Shown here: in pieces, positions 10,145-18,200 of the stretch
Numbering within the stretch: the first letter of the stretch is position 1
Layout of the letters: each line of letters starts with the position of its first letter
Source of the DNA: Thermoanaerobaculia bacterium
GTDB taxonomy: Bacteria; Acidobacteriota; Thermoanaerobaculia; Multivoradales; JAGPDF01
Assembly: GCA_963806165.1 (NCBI GenBank)
Contig: CAWDWZ010000005.1
Location: forward strand, 12,394-76,393
DNA: 64,000 nt
Reading direction: 5' to 3'
The notes under the pieces: model-generated
Seen by the model: only the letters and a program-made list of their open reading frames with translations
The model's database searches: none
Told to the model about the DNA's origin: nothing
Program-made: the position numbers and the translations under genes

Positions 10145-11259
10145 ACGCGGTCGAGCCGCCGTCCGACCGCAGCCAGCCATCGCTCGTAGACCTCCTCGAG
10201 GCGGCGCGTCGCGGAGTCGAGCCGGAACTCGCGCTCGACCCGCGCCCGGCCGCGCTTGGCCATGGCCTTGCGCAGGGCCGGATCCGCAGCCAGCAGGGCG
10301 ACGGCAGCCGCGAGGGCAGCCGTGTCGCCCGCCGGGACAAGGAGTCCTTCGCAGCCGTCGGTGAGAGCCTCCGGGATCCCGCCCACCCGCGTCGCTACCA
10401 CGGCGCGGCGCGCCGCGTACGCCTCGAGCAGCGCCGCGGGCAGACCTTCGGCACGCGAGGGCAGAACCACGAAATCGGCTGCGGCGTAGAGGTCCGGCAT
10501 CGCCTCCGAGTGTCCGAGCAGGCGCACATTTCCGTCCAGCCTATCGTGCCGCAGGCGCTCGGCGAGGCTGCAGGCGAGCGGCCCGCCGCCGGCGCAGAGC
10601 ACCAGCAGACGCGGCTCGCGCGCCAGCACCTCCGGCAGCGCCGAAATCAGATCGTCATGTCCCTTGACCGGCGAGAGCCGCGCCGGAACGAGCGCCACCG
10701 GGCGGGTCTCCTCGAGCCCGAGCGCGGAGCGCGTCGCGCGGCGCGCTCCGGCGGCAAAGCGCTCGACGTCGATGCCGGCGTGCACGACCGCGATCGACTC
10801 CGCGCTCACCCCCGCGCGCCGCAGCTCGACCTCCTGCGCCCGCGAAGCCGCGACGAACCGGGTGCCGCGGCGCAGGAGAAGATCGGCGGAACGCCGCATT
10901 CTCGGCAGGCGCTCCGGCACCGACCAGTCCTGCGCGACGACCAGCGGAACTCCGGCGAGGCGCGCCGCCAGACGAAAGTAGGGGCTCGCGCGGCTGTAGA
11001 GCGGCACATGCAGGATATCGGCCTCGAGGCGCCGCAACTCTGCGGCGAGCGGCGCGATCGCTCCGAGATCGAAGGAGCGCCGCAGGCGACCGAGCGCGCG
11101 CACCGGCAGGCCGAGCGCGCGCGCCCGTTCGACCAGCGGGCCGTCGCCGCGCGCACACAGGAGCACCGGTCGAAAGCGCTCGCGGCGGAGCGCGCTGCAG
11201 GCGGCGAGCGTCAGGCGTTGGGCCCCGCCCTCACCCAGATCGAGAAAACCGAAGACCAC
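10138..11259 (-). CDS. GT4 glycosyltransferase, ~373 aa (start uncertain)
   Basis: 'LGEGGAQRL','PARLSPVKGH','VLPSRAEGLPAALLEAYAA..GGIPE'. The 5' extension of the track ORF overlaps the upstream gene and is spurious. Confidence 0.87.
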   Translation of the reverse strand: MVFGFLDLGEGGAQRLTLAACSALRRERFRPVLLCARGDGPLVERARALGLPVRALGRLRRSFDLGAIAPLAAELRRLEADILHVPLYSRASPYFRLAARLAGVPLVVAQDWSVPERLPRMRRSADLLLRRGTRFVAASRAQEVELRRAGVSAESIAVVHAGIDVERFAAGARRATRSALGLEETRPVALVPARLSPVKGHDDLISALPEVLAREPRLLVLCAGGGPLACSLAERLRHDRLDGNVRLLGHSEAMPDLYAAADFVVLPSRAEGLPAALLEAYAARRAVVATRVGGIPEALTDGCEGLLVPAGDTAALAAAVALLAADPALRKAMAKRGRARVEREFRLDSATRRLEEVYERWLAAVGRRLDRVC

Positions 11260-11327
11260 GGTCCGGGGAGCACCGGCCCTCGCAGTCCGGAGCTCCTCGG
11301 CGCCCGGATGGCGGCGACCGCTCCCGC

Positions 11328-14300
11328 TTACGGAACCGAAACTGACCACTGCGTCGTATCGCCCGACTCGAAACCGTCCGCGAACAGGAGACCCACCTCG
11401 ACCCGGAAGTTGAGGCTGTCGAAACCGGTGGCGAAGCTCGGCGCCGCGCCGGCCACCGCCAGGAACGAGACGTAAGCCGACCGTGCGCCGACCGGTGGCG
11501 TCTGGGTCGACTCGGGCAGCGCCTCCCAGAGCCCACCCGTGTCTCCCGCCACCACGCCGCCCAGGACTTCGCTGCCGAGGACGAGCGTGGTGCAGTTGGT
11601 AGAGCCGAAGTACTGCACCTGGCCGAATGCCGACGGGTCGGTGGCCAACGGGCTCGCCGTGCGGACGCGCCCGCCGAGGATGTAGTTGGAGAGATCCGAT
11701 ACCTGCACGCACTGGGAAACGCCGTACACCGGCGTGCCACTCACGAACTCCATCAGGACCGAGCCCGAGATCGCCCAATCGTCGCTGTCGGCGGCGTCGA
11801 AGCGGACGACGCCGGGGGTCGCCGGCAAGGTCGTCCAGTTGTTGATCGTGCTGTCGAAGTTCGGATTCCGCAGCAGATCGGTGGCGAGGACCTCGAACGG
11901 CAGGACCAGATCGTCACCGCCCGTGCCGTTGGCGTCGCCGTCGAGCGGATTGCCGTTGAGATCGAGAATCGAGGTCGAACCGCAGACCATGAGCCTGTAG
12001 CGCGATCCCGGCAGTGAGTCGGCCGCGTTGTACTTCGCGACCGCGGTGCGGGTCGCCGGCAGATAGTCGACCGAGTTCGGCACGATCTTCACGTCGTCTC
12101 CGCCCACCGCCACGCAGCTCGCGGTCTGGAAGACGCCGTCGACCCCCGGCCGGATGAGCTGGAAGTTCTCCGGATTGGTGACGTCGTCCGGATCGCTGCT
12201 GCCGGCCGGATCGGCCACCGGCTCGTTGAAGGTGACGACGATCTGCGTGATCGGCGTGGTGAGCTGCTCGCCGGGCGTGAGCAGGCCGTCGGCCGTGTCG
12301 GCCACGGTCTCGATCGAGAGCGCCAGCGGCGGCGCCGCCTCGATGATGTACGGGCCGGCGGGCGCCGTTTCGCTCCAGTTGCCGGCGTTGTCGCGGGTGC
12401 AGAGATGGAAATACCAGGTGCCGTCGTCGAGCGTCGCGCTGGTCGTCGTGAGAGTCGTCTCCTCGACGTCCTTCACCTCGTCGCAGGCCGCCGTGGCGCT
12501 GTTATCGAAGAAGAACGAGTACCCGTCCACGAGGCTCAGATTGTCGCTTGCCGCCGACCAGGACATGTCGATCGTGCGGTCGGTGTTGAGCACCGGGGGA
12601 AGCTGGTGGCTGGTGGAGAGGATCGCGAGCGGATTGACCGGCGGCGTCGAGTCGATGAAGAACGGCCCGAGATGCTGGGTCAGCGAGCAGTTCCCCGCCA
12701 GGTCGCAGGCGCGCAGGTGGAAGTAGAACGAGATCCCGTCCGGCAACGGCGGCGAAGTCGTGCCGTACTCGGTCGCGATCGTCTGCGGAATCTCGACCGT
12801 CGTATCCGGATTGGTCAGCGCCAGGTTGTCGAAGACGATGGAGTATCCCGCGAGGCCGCTGCCGCCCGGGTTGTCCACCGCGCCCGACCAGGCGATGTCC
12901 ACCGTCGGATCGTTCGAGAACACGCTCGCAGTGTGGCTCGGACTCGTGAGCGAGGTCGGCCCGGTGGGCGCGATGGCGTCGCGCATGAAGACCGCGATCG
13001 CGTCGTCGTTCTGGCCGGCGCCGTAGATGTGCTGGTCGTCGGCACTGACCGCGAGCTCCACCACCCGCGCGAGACCGGTCTCGCCGCCGAAGCCGTCGCG
13101 ATGGCGCTCGAGGAACGTCAAATCCCCGGTCACTGCGTCGCGGGAGAAGACGTCCAGAGAGTCGTCGAGGTAGCCCCCGGTGTAGACATAACGACCGTCG
13201 AAGCTCACCTGCACGCTCGACACGCCGTCGAGACCGTCGAGTCCGTTCACGCCGTCCACCTGCATGTTCTGGAAGGTGATCGCACCTGTCCCGTCGTTGC
13301 GGCTGAAGACCGCGAGCGCATCCTCGGCGGCGCCGGTGGCATAGACGTTCTGGCCGTCCACCGAGACGGCGAGGCTGTTGACGCCGTCCAGGCCGTTGAC
13401 GCCGCCCTGGCCGTCGATCTTGGCTTCGACGAAGGTCAGCGCTCCAGTCGAACCGTCGCGGCTGAAGACCGCGATGGCCTTGTCGACCGAGCCGGCGACG
13501 TAGAGGTGGCTGCCGGTCGGCGAGAGCCGGACGGCCGCAGCGCCGTCGAGGCCGTTCACGCCCAGGGCGTTGTCGACGACGGCCTCCTGGAAGGTCAGGC
13601 TGCCATAGGTCGGGCTCGGGATGCTGGTATCGCGCGTGAAATGGGCCACCGCGTCGCTGGTGAAGCTCGCGACGTAAAGATCGCCGCCGTCGGCGCTCAT
13701 CGCGAGCGACGACGCGCCGAGAAGGCCGCTGGCCGTGCCCCCGAGGCTCGCGTCCTTGTGGGTCTCCATGTAGGTCAGCTGGCCGGTCGACGGATTGCGC
13801 GCGAAGACCGCGACCGCGCCGTCATTGAAGCCGGCGACGTAGACATGGGCGCCATCCGGGCTCACCACCACCGACTCGGCGCCGTCCAGGCCGTCGATCG
13901 TGAGGAGGCCCTGGACGTCGCCGTCGTGCAGCACTTCGACGTAGGTCAGGGCACCCGTCGTCGCGTCGCGCGAGAAGACCGCGATCGCGTCATCGAACTG
14001 CCCGGTGGCGTAGAGATGGGCTCCGTCGGGGCTCACCGCGACTCCGGAGACGCCGTAGAGCGATTCGACCAGAGTGAGGCTCTCGGCCTCGACGAAAGTG
14101 AGGAAGCCGTCGTCGTCGTAGATCGTGCCGACCGCCTGGCCGTCGGCGAGCGTCGAGTTGGAGCTCGCGCCGGAGAGGTTGACGAGGAAGGTCTCGTCGC
14201 CCTCGTTGGCGTTGTCGCCGACCACGTGCACGGTCACCGTCGTGGTCGTCGTGTTGGGCGCGAAGATCGCGACGCCGGAAGCCGCCTGATAGTCGTTGTC

Positions 14301-15194
14301 CGCGGTCGTCGCGGTGCCGTCCGCGGTCGCGAAGTTCACCGTTACCGCCTCACCGATCGGGCGCGTGGTGGTGAGGTTGAAGACCGCGTCGGCCGTCCCG
14401 GAATCGCCTTCGAGCACCTGCACGTCGGCGATGGAGATCGCCGGCGGCCGGTCGTCATCGAGGATCGTGCCGACCGCCTGGCCGTCGAAGATCGTCGCGT
14501 TGCCGCTGACGTCCGAGAGATTGACGAGAAAAGTCTCGTCGTTCTCCTGGAAAGTCTCACCGTTGACGAGAACCGTCAGAGTCGTGGTGGTGTCGCCGGC
14601 CGCGACCGTCGCAACCGTGGTCCCCGGAACTCCGACGAAATCCACTCCGGACGTCGCCGTGCCCGCTGCGGTCCCCCAGTCGAAGGTGACGTCCTCGGCG
14701 ATTGCCGACGAGAGGGTCACCGTGAAGACGAAGGCGGACGTGCCGGCGTTCCCCTCGTAAAGGGCCACATCCGCGACCGACAGCGTCGGCAGGCCACCGG
14801 TCAGCGGGTCGAGATTGAGAAGCTGCACCTCGCCGCGCTCTCCGACCACGCTCGAACCGGCAGGCACGCCGTCGATGAAGAAGCGCACCTCGTCGCCGGG
14901 CCGGGCCGTCCCGGGGTCGCGGGGATCGAGCGCATCGATCGGAACGCGGAGGACATAGTGATCTCCGACGTTCGGATCGGAGCCGAGGGCGAAGGTCGCC
15001 AGGTCCGCCGGGTTCTCCACGAGCCGGACGGAGACCTCTCCGGTCGTGAGCACCACGCCGTTGCGCGTCGCCGTGCCGTAGAAAAGATGGTTCGGCTCCG
15101 GAATCTTGGCCGACGCCGGGCCCTGCAGCAGGAACGCGGCGGCCAGGGGGAGGAGGAGGAGACGACCTGCACGGCTGCGGTTGACGGTTCGCAT
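11328..15194 (-). CDS. Secreted multidomain surface protein, 1288 aa: unknown N-domain, 2x Calx-beta, lactonase-type beta-propeller, Ig-like domains, jelly-roll, C-terminal FADGFESG tag
   Basis: Signal peptide 'RLLLLPLAAAFLLQGPASA'. Calx-beta 'LSVADVALYEGNAG...ENDETFLVNLS...GQAVGTILDDD' x2. Blades 'GLDGA..V.VSPDG.HVYV..DDA.AVF.R'. Ends LFADGFESGDTTQWSVSVP. Confidence 0.88.
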   Translation of the reverse strand: MRTVNRSRAGRLLLLPLAAAFLLQGPASAKIPEPNHLFYGTATRNGVVLTTGEVSVRLVENPADLATFALGSDPNVGDHYVLRVPIDALDPRDPGTARPGDEVRFFIDGVPAGSSVVGERGEVQLLNLDPLTGGLPTLSVADVALYEGNAGTSAFVFTVTLSSAIAEDVTFDWGTAAGTATSGVDFVGVPGTTVATVAAGDTTTTLTVLVNGETFQENDETFLVNLSDVSGNATIFDGQAVGTILDDDRPPAISIADVQVLEGDSGTADAVFNLTTTRPIGEAVTVNFATADGTATTADNDYQAASGVAIFAPNTTTTTVTVHVVGDNANEGDETFLVNLSGASSNSTLADGQAVGTIYDDDGFLTFVEAESLTLVESLYGVSGVAVSPDGAHLYATGQFDDAIAVFSRDATTGALTYVEVLHDGDVQGLLTIDGLDGAESVVVSPDGAHVYVAGFNDGAVAVFARNPSTGQLTYMETHKDASLGGTASGLLGASSLAMSADGGDLYVASFTSDAVAHFTRDTSIPSPTYGSLTFQEAVVDNALGVNGLDGAAAVRLSPTGSHLYVAGSVDKAIAVFSRDGSTGALTFVEAKIDGQGGVNGLDGVNSLAVSVDGQNVYATGAAEDALAVFSRNDGTGAITFQNMQVDGVNGLDGLDGVSSVQVSFDGRYVYTGGYLDDSLDVFSRDAVTGDLTFLERHRDGFGGETGLARVVELAVSADDQHIYGAGQNDDAIAVFMRDAIAPTGPTSLTSPSHTASVFSNDPTVDIAWSGAVDNPGGSGLAGYSIVFDNLALTNPDTTVEIPQTIATEYGTTSPPLPDGISFYFHLRACDLAGNCSLTQHLGPFFIDSTPPVNPLAILSTSHQLPPVLNTDRTIDMSWSAASDNLSLVDGYSFFFDNSATAACDEVKDVEETTLTTTSATLDDGTWYFHLCTRDNAGNWSETAPAGPYIIEAAPPLALSIETVADTADGLLTPGEQLTTPITQIVVTFNEPVADPAGSSDPDDVTNPENFQLIRPGVDGVFQTASCVAVGGDDVKIVPNSVDYLPATRTAVAKYNAADSLPGSRYRLMVCGSTSILDLNGNPLDGDANGTGGDDLVLPFEVLATDLLRNPNFDSTINNWTTLPATPGVVRFDAADSDDWAISGSVLMEFVSGTPVYGVSQCVQVSDLSNYILGGRVRTASPLATDPSAFGQVQYFGSTNCTTLVLGSEVLGGVVAGDTGGLWEALPESTQTPPVGARSAYVSFLAVAGAAPSFATGFDSLNFRVEVGLLFADGFESGDTTQWSVSVP

Positions 15195-15201
15195 GGCGTC
15201 C

Positions 15202-18200
15202 TCAGTTTCCCGTGTACGCATAAGTGGAGAAGAAGAGCTGAATGTCCTTCACGCCGTTGCCGTCCCGTTCCCCGTTGCCGCCGGGGACGAGCTGGCCGTG
15301 GATGAAGGTGTCGAGGCCGATACTCGGATCGGAGAGGAGAGTGCCTCCCGGGATGATCATCAACCATTTGCGATTCCAGACCGAACGGCCGATGAGGCGG
15401 CTGTCGGTCGTGAGCTCCGTGGGATCGACCGGGTCGATGCCGTCCGTGTGGTAAGCACGGAAGGCGCCGATGCGCCGGATCTTGGTGAAGCTCTCCGACA
15501 GTGTGTCGTTGGTCGGGATCCAGGTCGGATTGTCGAGGTCGTTCGCGCCGAGCGGGAACGGCACCGGAATCACCTGATCGACCACTTGCCACTCTCGGGT
15601 CGCGAAGAGATCGTCGCTCGGCGAGCGCAGGACGTCGGCCCCGACCGGCACCAGGTAGACGCGCGGCGTGTTCGAGAGCGGCAAGCCACTGTAGTTCGTG
15701 AACCAGCTGCCGACCTGGCGGACGCGTGTCGAGAAGTGCGACGGATCGTAGGCGCTGTCGCCGGGACCGAGCGGCCAGCCGAAGAAGTTCAGGCCGAAGG
15801 TGACGGTGGTCTCGAACGGAATGACCAGGCCCGGCTGCGGCCCGGCGCTCTCCGGCGCGAACGGCTTGCAGTAGCGGCGGAACTCCGGGATCTGCCAGAG
15901 GTCGGGAACGCGGAACTCGTCTTCGAGCTTGGCCTCCCATTCGGTGTCCGAATCCGCGAGCAGGCGGAACGCTTCCCGCCGCAGCGAGAAGCGGTTGGTC
16001 TCGATCTGCGGATTGTTGAAGCCGAGCTGGGTCTTGAGGACTGCGAAGTTCTGCGCCATCTGCCCCATCGGTCCGGCGAGACCGCGTGAGCCGGGCACCG
16101 GCACGCCGTCGATGAGCTGGCCGAGAGCGCGCTCGCGCACGATCTGGGTCAGGAACTCGCGGCCCGACGCGTTGTCCGTGCCGAGCAGGTTGGTCTCGTA
16201 GTCGTAAGCGGTCGCCGCGAGGTAGGCATAGCGCGCCGCGAGATCGAACTGCGCCCGGTACTTCTGCAAGGCGTCGTTGCGGAAGATGCGGAACGCCATG
16301 TCGCGGTAGCGATAGGTCTGGATGTCGGCCGCCGAGTTCTTGCGGAACTGGATCATCTCGGCGATCGTCCGCTGCCCGGTGGCGAGCTCGGTCTGGTAGC
16401 TGCCGCGCGCCGCTTCGACCTGCTCGCGGACCGAGTAGACCCCGAGCCGCTTCAGCGGCTCGTCGCGGATCAGCTTCTCGAGCTCCTTCGAGGCTTGCAG
16501 GATCTCGAAGTTGGCACCCTGGATCTCGATCTCGATCTCCGCCTGCTTCTCGACGTCCTCCTTCGCGGCGTCCATCGCGTTCTGCACGATTTCCAGCCCA
16601 TCCGAGGCGATATTGAGCCCCATCTCGATGAGGTCGCCGGTTCCGGAGATCGCGCAATCCACGCCGGAGAAGACGTCACCGCCGGCCGCCAGTCCGGCGA
16701 CGAAGCTGTCCGGAATGCACTTGGAACCGGTGCGGAAGAACTTCGCGGTCACATCCCCGGCGCGCCGCATGACGATATTCGTCGCCTTGATGGTCTCGAC
16801 GAGGGCGGTCAACACCTGCAGCTCGCCGCGGGCGCCGTTCATGATCTTGATCTGCTCCGCCTTGACGTTGTACTGCGTCTCGAGGAGGTCGATCGCGGCC
16901 TGGATGTCGGCGACGTGGTTGTCGTACTCGGTGAGCACCTGTTGATAGTTGTTCATCGCGAGCAGCAGATCCGACAGCTTGCCCTGGAGTGTGCCCGGCG
17001 CGCGGCGCTGGGAGCTCCCCCACTCCGACGGCTTCACCAGGAAGAAGGAGTCGGCGACGTCGGGCGCCCCCGCCGTCGTGTTGGACCGGTTCGGCACGGC
17101 GAAGCTGAAGCTGACATCCATCGTCGTCGCCGGCGGATCGGCCAGCGAGCAGTCGTCCGAATCGACCGCGTTCGTGCAGTGCAGGTTGTCGTGCGGATCG
17201 AAGTTGAAGAAGCCGATGCCATTGGGCAGCGGATTGAAGGCCACCGTGAAGACCTGCGATTCGGCACCCGGAGCTCCGGTCAGGTCGGTCTGGTCGACGT
17301 ACATGTAGTGGTACACGTCGGGGCCGTCGTAGTTCGCCGGATAGGTCCCGCCGGGGCCGATGTCGGCGTCGTACGGATAGCCGTAGATCTCGATCAGGCG
17401 GTTCTTGTAGTCGATCTCCTGGTCGAAGTTGTTGGAGTAGATCGTCTCGGTCGAGTCCTGCGTCCGCCGGATCATCTCGGTGAGGAGGTTGGCGTGATTG
17501 AACGTCGCGACCGCGTTGTCGAACGACTGTGAGGCGCGCTGGTAGACCTGCTCGAAATGGGTCAGACCCTGGGTCTGACCCACCTCGAGGAAGGACGGAT
17601 CGATGTCGAAGGGCACCACTCCCTTGGCGAGACCGAGCGGATTCAGGCCGCGATCGGCTTCATCCACCTTGATCTGGATGTTCTGCGCCTGGGTGATGAT
17701 CTCGCCCAGCTCCTTGACCGTCGCACGGTCCACCTTCTGGATGCCGTGGTGATCCGGATTCGGGTCGTTCGAAGGCAGGATCGCGTTGCCGACCACCCAG
17801 TCGAAGTAGGCCCCCTGTCCGGCGCGCTTGCCCCATTCCGAGAGACCCCATGCACGATCGGTGTCGGTGTCCTTGTAGCCCTGCCACTGCCCCGCCGGAT
17901 CCTCGACATAGCTCGAGCGGTAGGTCAGGTTGACGATCTCGGCGCCGGCCCGCGCCTTCATGGCCGCGACCTTGGCGAACTTGCGTTCGTCGAGGAAGTC
18001 GACCTGGACCGGCACGCCCGCGACCGTCACGGCCTCCGGCCGCGGCAACCAGGTGTAGAACGGATGGCGCAGCAGACCGTAGTAAGTCGTCATCGCGGTC
18101 AGGTAGTGCCCCCAGGCGTCGCCGTGCCCCTGCGGGAAGAGGATACGGGCGTCGAACTCGTCGACGTTGCCGTCGAGGTTCTGGTCGGTGATGTTGTAGG

